Positions 13,033 to 24,290 of a DNA stretch of 64,000 nucleotides are shown here, one piece after another. Origin of the DNA: Epithemia pelagica (lineage: Eukaryota; Protista; Bacillariophyta); NCBI GenBank assembly GCA_946965045.2, contig OX337234.1, positions 682,001 to 746,000 of the forward strand, written 5' to 3'. The notes below the pieces were generated by a model. The model was not told where the DNA came from. It was given only the letters and a program-made list of their open reading frames with translations, and did no database searches. Within the stretch, counting starts at the first letter, position 1, and each line of letters opens with the position of its first letter. The translations under genes were made by a program, and so were the position numbers.

Positions 13033-13230
13033 TACTTCCAGTTTATATCGTCAGTCATTGGTGTCGATGACAAATAACCGTTTCTGTTTTGTCGTTTTCA
13101 ACCACATCGATTGCTTTCCTTGTGCTTCGTCTCCATCAGCTAGCTCTCTCTGAAACGCTTCCCCATCGTTTATTTCTTGTCTCTTTCTGCCTCGAAGGCC
13201 GAAATGTAGCTTCTTCTGGGTCTGAGAAAC

Positions 13231-13402
13231 TGTCTTATTTTGCCTGTGGGAGCAAAATCCCACTATCGTAACAACATTCTTACCGATAACAAGAATTATA
13301 CTACGTTTAAAGCAGAGACAAGAAAAGTAACCATGTAAGCGGTAACATCAGCTTCTGTGGGTCTTGGATGTTCGTGATCGAGCTATCAGCCGGAATAAGA
13401 CA
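13231..13402 (-). repeat. 5' LTR of the Gypsy-like element (shared 158 bp = 13245-13402; 172 bp if the 9-bp inverted termini are included)
   Basis: Direct repeat of 7596-7753. tgtcttatt at 13231 is the reverse complement of aataagaca at 13394-13402. Confidence 0.8.
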
Positions 13403-13583
13403 GGACTCGTTGGAACGCAGTTCTTCGCATTCTTCCATCTTCCATCCCCGAACCAAAAATGAGAGAGGATGGATCATGGATCAAGTCTCGACGACCTTTT
13501 CTTCTTTGAATGAAGCAGCAAGAACCAATTGACACTACTCCACCCTGGGATATGCAACAACAAAACGTCCTGATCCAACAGGC

Positions 13584-16500
13584 ATGTCATTGGTTTCGCA
13601 GAAACAACCACCTCACCAACAAGAACAACCACAGGCTGGTTCGTCCTCCATCATGTTTGTGGCTTCTCCAAATCCTCGTTTGTGCGTGTCGCCATCATCG
13701 ACCGTCTTGTATGGACGACACGAGGAATGTCGACAGATGAAGGACCTCACGCATCGGCTCTGTAAGAAGGATACGAAAGATGGTGCAGTCCAGGTCTGTC
13801 TGGTACATGGAGAGGCTGGTTGTGGCAAAACCTCTCTCTGTCAATCCCTCGCCAAACAACACCCACAACAACAAGAACCACGAATCATACCACGTCATGA
13901 ACGTTACATCAGCCGTCATGAGACTGAGAATGATAGTGATTGTGATTATTATTTTGTCGAGGGCAAGTTTGATCAATACAACCACGATTCCTCCCTTCCG
14001 TAGTCGGCCTTGATACAAACCATGAAGTCCTTGTGTCAGCAAGTTCTGGCGGTGGAGCACGACATTTCTAGTCAATCGAGCAGCAAGAACAACAAACATG
14101 CCAAACAAAGATTGGTGAAGGCCTTGCAAAACGAGGCAAAGATTTTGGCGAAACTGGTTCCCGGATTTGTTCACCTCTTGTCGTCAGAGCCAGGAGAACC
14201 CGACTGGAAACGCACGGATGCTGCAGGTGGTAATTCATCGTCTTTCGCGAGTACTAGTATACCATCCTTGGAAAAGGATGGGGTATTGGGATGGCATCGA
14301 GTGGCCGTCGGATTGCAAGTCTTTTTGCAATCCTTTTGTGGTGAAACAACACCATTGATTCTCTTTTTGGATGACCTGCAATGGGCAGATACCAACTCCC
14401 TGCGAGTCTTGACGGCCGTCCTGCAAGACGCTGCTACTAACAGGGATCCACAGAATTCATCATCGTCATCTTGCTGGATGCTCTTGGCCAGTTATCGAGA
14501 CGACCATGAGGATTCCAATGCTTTCAAAACGGTCGTTCAGCCCTTTGTCAACCGTCTAGAGGAATTTGTAGAAAAGAGCAACAACAAGGACGGTCAATCG
14601 CAGTTGTCTCTCTCTCAGATTCACCTGTCCAATTTGGAGTTACCAGCCGTGCAAGATGTGGTGGCCCATGTCTTGTCGGTGCCATTGTCAAGGCCTTGTC
14701 AGCAAAGTCCACATAATGACGACGACGATGCCAACCGAGTGGCCTTGAGGGAGCTATCCTTTGTGGTCCACCACAAGACCATGGGCAATCCCTTTTTTGT
14801 CTTGCAATTTTTACACATGTTACACCAGGAAACGGCCTTGGTCTACAATCCACTCTTGCTTGGATGGCAGCGGGACTTGTCGCATGTCAAGGGCACCACC
14901 AATGTAGCCGACAATGTCGCACAGATTGTGCAGCAACGATAGCAAACCTCCATTCCAGGGTCGGTTCGTCGGTTGTTACAGTTGGCCTCGTGTTTGGGGT
15001 TTACCATGGATCGAACCTTGCTGCAACACGTGTATCAACACCTCTCGAGCGTGTTGCCTGTATCATTGCCAATCCAAGACTCTTGTGGCAAGAGCCGCAA
15101 TGAGGAGAATCCTCAAGTTGCGGACTCCGACCATGGTTCAGCTGCAGATGCAGTGGACGAGACGGACTTTGACAAGGTGCTTGCACTGGCAGAAAAACAA
15201 CATTTGATGGAGACTGTGGATTCCTCCATTGTCAAGTTTTCTCATGACCGAATTCGACAATTGTCCTATGAGCTCATTGGTGACGACCACGTTCGAAGCC
15301 AAGTCCACTACGCCCTTGGAAAGTTTCTCTTTGAGCTCGATGGTCAGTCGTTGGATTCTCCTCATCTCTTGTTGATTACCGACCAACTCAATCGTGGATC
15401 GGCCGTCTTGGACCAGGGCAAGGAATGTCGCCATTTTGTCATGACCCTCAATCTCCAAGCCAGCAAGGTAGCTCGAAGGCGTTTCGCCGAATCGTTGGTC
15501 CATCGATTTCTCACCAAGGCGGTGCATCTGGTTGTGGAAAAGACAGATTGGGACACTTGTTATGAGTTGGTGGTGGAACTGTATATAGCCCTGGCCGCCG
15601 TGGAATCCTCCCGTCACGCGGTAGAACACAGCAACGCGTTGACGGAACAGGTACTGGAGCATGCACGTCGTCCCCGCGACGTGGCGTCCGCCTTGGCCAT
15701 TCAAGCCAAAACTCTGAGTTTTCAAATGCGTGATCGGGGGGCCATTGTCAAGGCACGACAAGCCATGGCTGCCTTGGGAGTCCATTTACCTCGTTCCCGG
15801 TGGTTCCAGTTGCGGGTCGAATCGCGTCGAATCCACCGCATGGTCCAAGACAAATCAGACCATCATCTCCTGAACCTACCCCACATGACAGATATGAATA
15901 TCCGAAAAGTCATGCAAATTCTAGTTTCCACGGCCATGTACAGTTTTGCGGCCGAAGATGTCATTTGCAGTGGTTTGGCCATTTGCAAAATGATGGAACT
16001 CACATGAGGTCATGGCTCGTGTCCGGAAACGTCAGTTGCCTTTGCCGCATATGGCCAATGGTTGAGTTTGACTGAAAAACGAGACGAGGCGTACCATTTT
16101 GCCCATCTGGCCTTGCAATGGGATGCCTCTCACAACCAACCAGGTCGTGGTAGACACGAAATGATCCCAGCCACCACATCCTTTGCCTATACACACTGTC
16201 TTCATATTAAGCGACCAATCACATCTGGTCTAGATCCTACGCTGAACGGGTACCGAATTGGAATCGAAACGGGCAACGTCATGTTTGGAGTTATTTGCAT
16301 TCTGGAATATGCTCACTTGTACATTAGTTGTGGACTATCGTTGACCGCCTTTGCATCAGATATCAAGAATTTTGTTGGACAAATCAAGGTGCTGAATCAA
16401 CAGGATATGATGGCATTTATGATACCTCCGTTACTTCTGTCAATCAACTTGACTGGACAGTCGGATACTCCACGAGTCCTGTCATGGGAAAAAGCTTGTG

Positions 16501-16919
16501 AGTTGGGATTCCTCGATCAACAAGAGTTGTTACCAGTATTTGAGGCGACGTTACCTGGCATGATGATGCGGTATTATCGCTTCCTACTTGCTCTTGTCCT
16601 AAATGACACGGAAAGGATGCAAACCGCCATGGATGATATCTTGCTACTTCCGAAACGAAATCGCAGGTTTATCGGAACGCATCATGGTAACTATCTGTTT
16701 AGCCTACTGGACGGTTTGGGCGGATTTATCTTGTACCAAAAGACACGACAACGAAAATACCGTTGTATTGGACGGAATGGACGGGATGATTTAAAGAAGA
16801 TGCCTCGTCTCAACAGCTTACCATTGTTACAGTTTGTCGAGGCTGAATTTCATAGAATCTGTCACCCCATGGCGAGTAGAGATACCATCAAGTCGTTGTA
16901 TGACAAGGCGATTGAGTAA
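13584..16919 (+). pseudogene. STAND-class AAA ATPase (AAA_16-like P-loop plus helical/TPR-like C-terminus), interrupted by three in-frame stops
   Basis: Walker A VHGEAGCGKTSL, EGKFDQY, Walker B LFLDDLQWAD, GNPFFV, KFSHDRIRQ. ORFs 13584-14003, 14010-14942, 14973-16007 and 16062-16919 share one frame and are separated only by TAG 14001, TAG 14940 and TGA 16005. Confidence 0.8.
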
Positions 16920-17157
16920 GAGTTTGCACACCAAAAGCACGACACACATGCGACCACTCACCCCTACTTGGGGGTAGCGTTTTTGTCACAAATCCATGTG
17001 TTTCAGCAATATTTCCTCTATGCAGTGTCCAAGTAGTGGGATCAATGTGCCTCCATGAACTGGTGACCGAAATTTGTAAGAGACGTGATGTATGTCGATC
17101 CGTTATAAATTTACGTGCCAATCTCTATAAACATATCTATAAGAAAGTCATGGTAGT

Positions 17158-18342
17158 TTATCCAAAACACCGAATCATTTCTTTGGAACCTTTCTTGGTA
17201 CTTTGTCCCCCTTTGAACAGATAATGCTGATGGTACTCTTCTGCTTTGAAAAAGGACGATATTTTTTGTACCTCAACCCCAAAGCGGTTCCCTCTTTGCT
17301 CCAAAAACTCCCACACTTGGCTTCGTTGTTCTTCGGTGTGAAAGTAAAAGCCATGTTTGTATTGTACATTGCCTTCCATATCCGGAATGCTGGCATCATC
17401 GTCTAGTCGCTGTTGTTGCTGTTCTTGAAAGAGCTTGTGCAACTCGAGCGAGGACGTGGTTTGATCCAGTCGTTCCACGGCGGCCTGCAAGAGTTCTAAA
17501 TAGGACACTTGGCGGGTATCGTAGACGACTCGTACCGCCTCACGGTGTTGTGTCTTGCCGGTGCAAACTTCTTCGTAGGTGGGAGAGTACTCGGTAATGC
17601 CTTGCGAATAGCCGACTTGGGTCCCTACCACTCCAGCAAGGCGCGAAAAGGCCAATTCGGCACCCCAAAAGCATCCCAAGGCAAACGTGGCGACTTGGTA
17701 GGGGGGGTCCAACGACGACTTGGAATCTTGTGTTCTTTTAGAAGGGGTGTCCTGATATTCGAGCAACTCCTGGGACAAGCTTGTTACCTCCAAGACCGTA
17801 AACGAGCAAGCGTAGCTCGTTCCGGCCAAGGGAGGGTTGGCATCCAGAACTACAATTCGTTCTTGTGGTGACTTGTGTTCCCCCAGTTCCGAAACTACCA
17901 CTTCAATGCCACCAGGTAGTTTTAGTGTGGTCCCTACTTGGATGAGGGAGGACGACGACGATGGACTTTGGCTGAGAATCGAATCCAACTTGCTTTGAGT
18001 CCCTCGAAACAACAAGTCTTTTCTCCGATCTCCCCATCCAGCATCAATGGAAACATTTTTCACCGAATCTCCCACACGGCAACCAGCAATCAACTCGTGA
18101 AGTCCAGGAAGGTAGTTCCCCCAACCCAACACCAAGGTGACAATGCCAGATGTATCAAACAAGGGTTCTGGTACATAGCCATTTTCAGGTGTCATGCGCA
18201 AATCAATCGTCACAATGTCTCCCTCTTGCGCAGGCATTGATGTGGCAGTCAGCGGCCCTTGCACCGAAGGTTCCTCCCAGTAGGAAGAAGAGGTGCTAGC
18301 CAGAATTTCGTGGAGGGAAGAAAAAAGAGCAGTCATGGTCAT
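17158..18342 (-). CDS. msrA: Fusion of a SlyD-like FKBP peptidyl-prolyl isomerase domain and peptide methionine sulfoxide reductase MsrA
   Basis: FKBP part: GDIVTIDL...LVLGWGNYLPGLHELIAGCRVGD...AGWG...VLDANPPLAG. MsrA part: FALGCFWGAE, VGYSQG, PTYEEVC, HREAVRVVYD, AEEYHQHYL.KGGQ...IRCFG. First ATG at 18342; the ORF-track start at 18396 is TTG. Confidence 0.92.
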   Translation of the reverse strand: MTMTALFSSLHEILASTSSSYWEEPSVQGPLTATSMPAQEGDIVTIDLRMTPENGYVPEPLFDTSGIVTLVLGWGNYLPGLHELIAGCRVGDSVKNVSIDAGWGDRRKDLLFRGTQSKLDSILSQSPSSSSSLIQVGTTLKLPGGIEVVVSELGEHKSPQERIVVLDANPPLAGTSYACSFTVLEVTSLSQELLEYQDTPSKRTQDSKSSLDPPYQVATFALGCFWGAELAFSRLAGVVGTQVGYSQGITEYSPTYEEVCTGKTQHREAVRVVYDTRQVSYLELLQAAVERLDQTTSSLELHKLFQEQQQQRLDDDASIPDMEGNVQYKHGFYFHTEEQRSQVWEFLEQRGNRFGVEVQKISSFFKAEEYHQHYLFKGGQSTKKGSKEMIRCFG

Positions 18343-20011
18343 TTCAGTATACAAATCAGTCACTTTACTTGTTTGCTTTGTCAAAGCTGCCACCAAGATT
18401 TTTGTAAGAGGTTAGAGAAGCTGCTGTCTACCTCTCGACATGCTCCATCACCTTTCCCACGTCAATGTGTGGTCTAGAGAGCGAACAAGAAAGATTTGCA
18501 AAATTGCTGACTCTGTTGTGTAATTTTGTTTGGTGCTTGTTGCCTGTGTTGCTGCTCGCGCAATCGGTTTCTGCGGTCCAGAGCAGCGCATCACTTTTGT
18601 AGGGCCAACTCCGCGCTTCGATTTGGCTCTTGCTGCGTGAGAATGTGCTTCTTTCGGGGTCTTTTTCATTCTTTTATCTAAATCCGGTACTCCATAAGAC
18701 ATTCTTGAGACATTATCACTGTAAATCAATTTTATGTAAATGTACAGATTGAGCATCTGGTCCGACATGATTTTGAAACTACTATAGGACAATGTGTACA
18801 AACGCAAATGCATAAAACAGCTTGGTGTGTACGTGGTCGCGCGTCAGGAACTCGTGCGCGCCAGCCGAGTGATTTAGGTATCCTTCCTTCGAATTCCATC
18901 TGGCAAACAAATGAGAGAAAAAAAGCCCGAGCCAAACGGCGGAGGGAAGTCGTCACTACGCACTAGGCACGCATTTGTCCAGAAGAGGCAGCAGATGGAT
19001 GCAAGATGCAACCCTACGCAATAGAAGAAGGGCGATAGACGAATGCCGTGAGAAGAAGAAGAAGAGGAGGGGGAGTATCACTTTTCCTCGAACACAAACG
19101 TTACGGGCAATCCGTGGAGATCTAACATGGCCAATACTACTACTTCATGATCACAGTGCATTGGTTCAACTCTTGGACCGTTTCAACTTTCAACACAAGG
19201 CGAGAAAACGTCATAAAGGAGTAGCCACTACTAGAATTTATTTTCAAAGGATACCCTTTTCCCGCACACCTTGTGCAAGCGTAGAGAGACGTGAAAAATA
19301 CGAGAAGCTATTTATGTTGGGGACCGCTCACCCAAGCCATTGCTTCACAATCTATGAAATTCTCACATATCCGTATCTCTCCATGTTGCCGTGTAGCGTC
19401 AATTCTCAGTGCGCTACGGTATGTTTTCTCAAGGAAATGAGCAAGGAACGAGGTTCTCACCGATCCAACGAGACCCTACCTCACCGGCCGTCCTCACTCA
19501 CCACTCTCCTCGACTACTAGAGATCCCGTGTGGACAACATGGTTTCCGTCGTGCAAGCATGTGTGTCATAAAGGACTTCTCTTGATGCCGACCTCCTCAG
19601 ATCCATAACATCCATCGCCGTATTATTTTTTTGTCTGTCTTGTGTTTGCCGGCTGCCGACACACGATCAAGAGGCTCGGATGGCTTGGAATTTGGGGGAT
19701 CGTGGAAGATTCGGGGGACTTATACGACGAGCCAGCTGTCATTGTTTTCTTGTAGAAATGACCAGCCATGCTCCTCTGCTTATGGCCAAAGACACGGCTG
19801 GCGCATCGTGTGATGGGCTGGCGCGACACGGTCTCATTATTTCGTTCCGAGGCTTTTGCGGTCACAAAAGGCACCCAAGTGTGTGTGGTTGTATTCCTTC
19901 CTGTTGTCTTCCAATCGACACTGTGCTTTCTCTTTTCTGTGGTTCTGACTTTAGTGCGTCCATTCGTATATTCGAAAACCCAAAACAACAACAACAAGAA
20001 GAAGAAGAACA

Positions 20012-21211
20012 ATGGAATCGGCCGCCGTAAGCGCGATTGTGGCCGCTAGTTTGTTGGTGGTTGGACTGGCACTCTTTGGGGTCTGTCATTGCTATCGTTC
20101 CCACAAACTGAAAAAGGACCAACCACGAACGGGCCAGGACACTCCACATCATGACAGTAAAGTGAACACCACGAAACAACCGCCACGCACAACGACCTCT
20201 TTTACCCGAACCACCACTGTCCGATCCATGCTTCCCCTCACCGTCCAGGCCATACCAACCATGGACAGTTCCCAGCCCAGTGGAAGTGGCGATCCTGAGG
20301 TGGACGATGAGGAAGCACCACCACTACCACCACACGACGAAGAAGAGGGCTACGAATTACTCACCCCCGCATCGGCAACACCCACCGAACTCACGGTCGT
20401 ATCGTCTCCCGATGAACCTGCACCGACTATGGAAGTGGCGCGAGTGCCAAACGACGAAGAACCAGACGAGCCGGTTACCTTCCTTGGTTCCAATAAGAAC
20501 TACCAGGAAACCGAACAAGAGGGAAACACAAACAGTCATCCTACCGGCAATGACCAAACAACACAAATTGCCCACGAAATAACGCAACATCCACCACGTG
20601 ATTCTCCACACGTGCAACAACAACAAAAAGTCCCGACAACAGCAAGCATGGAACCAGCAACCTTGTCGCGTTCGGAAATGGACACATTATTTCAGGAACT
20701 GGACAAGAATGGAGATGGGACGCTGAGTCTCAAGGAGGTGGAAAAGGCCATGTTTCAACGTGTGGCACCGCAATTTCAACTCAAGCCGGCCATTGTCTTT
20801 CGAGCCTTTGAAACGGCCGATCGCAATGGCAATGGGTGTATCGACAAGGAGGAATGGTGCATCTTTTTGCAACTCTGCCAGTATTTTCAAACGCTGCAAA
20901 CCGTCTTTGATTCTGTCGACCACAATAGCGATCGACAATTGACTTGTACGGAATTTGTCCAAGCCGCCAACGTGTTGGGCATTGCCAACGACAAGGCGCA
21001 TGCCATTTTTGAGGAAATCAATCAACAGCACTTGTTGGGCTACATTGTCTTTGATGACTTTTGTCTTTGGATGGCCCAACATCATTATCCTAATCAACAA
21101 CCACAACAACAACAGGAAGAACAAGAACATGCTCTAGACGAACCACATGCCCCGAATCATCCTACCACAAGGACACCACCAACCGAGTCCAACGCCACAC
21201 AAGAACAGTAA
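20012..21211 (+). CDS. EF-hand calcium-binding protein (calflagin/FCaBP-like domain) with N-terminal hydrophobic anchor
   Basis: Loops DKNGDGTLSLKE, DRNGNGCIDKEE and DHNSDRQLTCTE plus a degenerate fourth; N-terminal SAIVAASLLVVGLALFGVC; low-complexity linker. Confidence 0.85.
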   Translation: MESAAVSAIVAASLLVVGLALFGVCHCYRSHKLKKDQPRTGQDTPHHDSKVNTTKQPPRTTTSFTRTTTVRSMLPLTVQAIPTMDSSQPSGSGDPEVDDEEAPPLPPHDEEEGYELLTPASATPTELTVVSSPDEPAPTMEVARVPNDEEPDEPVTFLGSNKNYQETEQEGNTNSHPTGNDQTTQIAHEITQHPPRDSPHVQQQQKVPTTASMEPATLSRSEMDTLFQELDKNGDGTLSLKEVEKAMFQRVAPQFQLKPAIVFRAFETADRNGNGCIDKEEWCIFLQLCQYFQTLQTVFDSVDHNSDRQLTCTEFVQAANVLGIANDKAHAIFEEINQQHLLGYIVFDDFCLWMAQHHYPNQQPQQQQEEQEHALDEPHAPNHPTTRTPPTESNATQEQ

Positions 21212-21388
21212 TGGACGAAGACACACTTGTGTATGAGTGGCAATGCGCCTTGCTTTCGTCGGACGACTCTTTTGTCAAGAGAGACTTGTGTGTGTGGGTA
21301 TGGCGTCCAGTGCTCGCATAGAAGGGAGAAAGAAAGAGAAGGAGAGAAACTGCGGAAGCAATGAGAATTAGTATGGCTGCGGGGATCC

Positions 21389-21510
21389 AAGCAGTCCATA
21401 GCAGAGGAGTGGACTTTGCCTCGACCAACGGGTTGCGCGCGATTCGGGGATTTGATTTGGTTCGAAATGGCTCTTGTATACTAGGTAGTAGAGAGCGTTT
21501 CTCGTTGTCT
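21389..21510. repeat. Duplicated segment of about 125 bp (second copy 23451-23578)
   Basis: Shared core ggagtggac...cctcgac.aacgggttgcgcgcgattcgg.gatt...ttcgaaatgg at both loci, each downstream of an EF-hand gene. Confidence 0.8.
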
Positions 21511-22003
21511 TTTTGTTTCGTTCTTGCTTGTTTGGGACCGAACCCTTTGTCTCTAGGTAGGTAGCAAGGTCCATGCACAGTCGCTCTCCGAGTGTTCCAC
21601 TTATGCTATCCCTTCTTCGCAAATGGCTACTCCTAGGTACCTACTAGAGGTAGGTAGTTCCTACAATCGTGAAACCCCAGAGGTAACGCGGTGTTATATC
21701 CTATTACTCTGTAATCGTAGCACTGACTCCGACGCTCTGGGAGTGCCTTGCCCCCAAGACTCCACAGGTCGCGCTCTCATTTTTCTGGGGAGTTGCGACG
21801 ACAATGGCATCCTCACCATGACGAGAGAGCGAGAGAGGTTGGAACATGCCAAGACTGATTTTGGTTCGCAACATGTCAAGACTGGTCTTGGGTCTCTGTC
21901 TATCGCGCACTGGCTCTTTTACCATTCGCGCATCTGGTACAACAAACAACAACGAGAATGACAAGCTTATAAAACGCACAAAAGCTCGACAGTTCTTCCT
22001 TTC

Positions 22004-23185
22004 ATGGAGGTCAAAGGCCATCGTCGTCGTACGGTTGCTCTTTCCCGATTTCATCGCTGGCGATTGTGTTGCTCTTCTTGTTCCAGCACAATGGCTGTTC
22101 CAGAAGCTCATTCCCAAAGCCCACAAGAAAAGCACGGAAACTCTGGTATGGATCACCAGCCAACGAACAGAGTCCACGCACATGTCTTGGATACGCCAAA
22201 TCGCAATGCCGTAAAACAGGAGCATCCAGACCGTGTTCCGGCGACACTTCCGAGTACACCTTCTACCGTTGCCTCCACAACAACAACCGACAGGGTAACC
22301 GCAGGATCGCCCTTCTTTCATGACGACAGGATTCCACCACAGGGAGAAACCACCACTCCGCATTCGTGCGACTCGGAAACTCCTCGCAACTCGATTCAGG
22401 GCAATCGCAAAGAGCGATTTAACTATGACGACGAGGACGACTCGGGAAAGAACGACAATGGCAAACAAGGAGTGATGAGTCTGCCAAAATTGTGTCACGA
22501 ATCAGTCAAGTCTTTCGAGGAGAAGGAAAGTTTACCAAACAAGGATGATCATAGGAAGGATGTCAAGGTAGAAACTGGAATCAAAGAGCTACCAAGTGAA
22601 CAGGTGCCATCTTCTCCTACAAACAACAGTCCTTTGGACAAGGATGGGCAAGTAGCAGTATCACTCGAGAAAGAGGAACGAGTGGAATTGAAGAAACAGG
22701 TGCTAAAGGCCTTGGTAGAGGAACCGACTTTGGAAGAGATGCAAACCTTGTTTCAACTGGTGGACCAGAATGGAGATGGTACTCTGAGTCTCAAGGAGAT
22801 TGAAAAGGCCATGTTCCAACGCATTGCTCCACAATTTGATCTGAAACCCACCATTCTCTTTCGTGCTTTTGCCAAGGCGGATGTGGATGGCAATGGCTGC
22901 ATTGACAAGGACGAATTCTTTGACTTTTTGCGCATGATTCGATACTTTGACAATCTCCGCTATGTCTTTGCCTTGGTCGATACCGATGGGGACCATCGTT
23001 GGTCTCAACAAGAATTCTGGAAGGCCGCGGATATTCTCAGTATCCAACAAGATCCAGAGCAAGTCTTTCAAGATATGGACCAGCACATGCTCGGATACAT
23101 TGTCTTTGACGACTTTTGTTTCTGGATGGTGGAGAATCGCTCCTCGCTCAGTGACGTAGCACGGGGAGTCCAACAAGATCCGTAA
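22004..23185 (+). CDS. EF-hand calcium-binding protein, tandem paralog of 20012-21211 (start uncertain)
   Basis: DQNGDGTLSLKEIEKAMFQR, DVDGNGCIDKDE, DTDGDHRWSQQE and LGYIVFDDFCFW are closely similar to the upstream paralog; the N-terminus is unrelated and lacks the anchor. Confidence 0.85.
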   Translation: MEVKGHRRRTVALSRFHRWRLCCSSCSSTMAVPEAHSQSPQEKHGNSGMDHQPTNRVHAHVLDTPNRNAVKQEHPDRVPATLPSTPSTVASTTTTDRVTAGSPFFHDDRIPPQGETTTPHSCDSETPRNSIQGNRKERFNYDDEDDSGKNDNGKQGVMSLPKLCHESVKSFEEKESLPNKDDHRKDVKVETGIKELPSEQVPSSPTNNSPLDKDGQVAVSLEKEERVELKKQVLKALVEEPTLEEMQTLFQLVDQNGDGTLSLKEIEKAMFQRIAPQFDLKPTILFRAFAKADVDGNGCIDKDEFFDFLRMIRYFDNLRYVFALVDTDGDHRWSQQEFWKAADILSIQQDPEQVFQDMDQHMLGYIVFDDFCFWMVENRSSLSDVARGVQQDP

Positions 23186-23250
23186 TGATAAAGATTTATG
23201 TCGAACTAATACTACAAGTATGACTATTTATATTTGTGCACAATTGAATG

Positions 23251-23447
23251 TTCAAGGGATCTTTGGAACACTCATTTCAACACAATCATAGACTCCCTTG
23301 CATCCGTTGAACTTCTCGGAGAGAATCCGAAAGACCCTTCATCTGTTCATTAAGTTCTTTGATACGGGGTTCAATCGTGGGATCGGCCTGAAGCATTGAT
23401 GCTCAGTTCGCGTTGCTCCCACGTGCAAGCCAAGTGCTCAGTGTGCG
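23251..23447 (-). pseudogene. Duplicated 3' fragment of the dynamin-like gene
   Basis: Aligns with 24256-24454; the minus strand reads QADPTIEPRIKELNEQMKGLSDSLREVQRMQGSL*, versus ...QIKGLSDSLREVKQMEQSL* in the full gene. Confidence 0.85.
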
Positions 23448-23757
23448 CTGAAGCAGTCAATAGCAGGAGTGGACAATACCTCGACAAACGGGTTGCGCGC
23501 GATTCGGAGATTTTGTTTGTTTCGAAATGGCGCTTTTGTATACAAGGTACACGTAGTGTTGATCGTTTCTCTTTGTCGTTCAGACTCTCTATTCTCGTAG
23601 CTTGGAACTGTTAGGATTGTCTTTTATGTCCCTTTCTCCTGTTGTTGCCTCTATGATAGAGAGGTCCATTCTCGCGCATTTTACAACGATAGTTCTAGAG
23701 GAGTACTTTCTAATAGTGCTATCCTTAAATAGCTTCACAAGCATTGGGTAGCAAAAG

Positions 23758-24126
23758 ATGCCTCCACAGCGACCACAGCGACGTCTCCCAAAATTCACCA
23801 TGTCGGATAACGATGATGATGATGATGCCTCCGTCGTTTTTCTAGGAACCAGGTCTGTCTCTGTCCGACCTGCTCAGAATAAGTATTCCATCGATTGCGA
23901 CTCCAGTGTTGGAAGCAATGAAGTCGCCATTGTAGGAAGAAAGAGATCTCCCTTTTTACGAAGAGTCATGGATGATCCTAAAGATGTTGCACTCAAACGA
24001 GAGCAAAGGAATGAAAAGAAGCGTAAGAAACAAAAGGCTGACGAAGAAAATCAACGTGTAGAGGAAAAAGAAGCAAGGAAAACAGCTAATGAAGAACCCA
24101 CATGTGCTGCTCAGGAGTCCAAGTAG
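23758..24126 (+). CDS. Hypothetical charged low-complexity protein (122 aa)
   Basis: ATG-initiated ORF with an acidic patch and Lys/Glu-rich tail; no recognisable domain. Confidence 0.35.
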   Translation: MPPQRPQRRLPKFTMSDNDDDDDASVVFLGTRSVSVRPAQNKYSIDCDSSVGSNEVAIVGRKRSPFLRRVMDDPKDVALKREQRNEKKRKKQKADEENQRVEEKEARKTANEEPTCAAQESK

Positions 24127-24290
24127 GAGACTGCCTTTCTATTTTTGAACACGTTCCACTGTATCGCCAAGAACACCGTCCCAGGGGCAGGGGCAAGACC
24201 TGTTGACGTCGAACTATACTAAGTTTGAATATTTATGCGTGCGGAGAGATGGATTTTCAAAGGATCATTGGAACACTCATTTCAACACAT

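Larger units (their letters stand above)
7596..13402 (-). mobile_element. Ty3/Gypsy-like LTR retrotransposon with degenerate internal region
   Basis: Direct 158-bp repeats at 7596-7753 and 13245-13402 with TG...CA ends and 1 mismatch. Minus-strand remnants occur in PR-RT-IN order: VRVLLDFDG (about 10900), DFLGYLV (about 9720), and IN-like HGQVIKTW...VCS*QR and LDRDRTTCSAH (about 8800-8370). Purine-rich GCGGGGAC precedes the 3' LTR. Confidence 0.82.
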
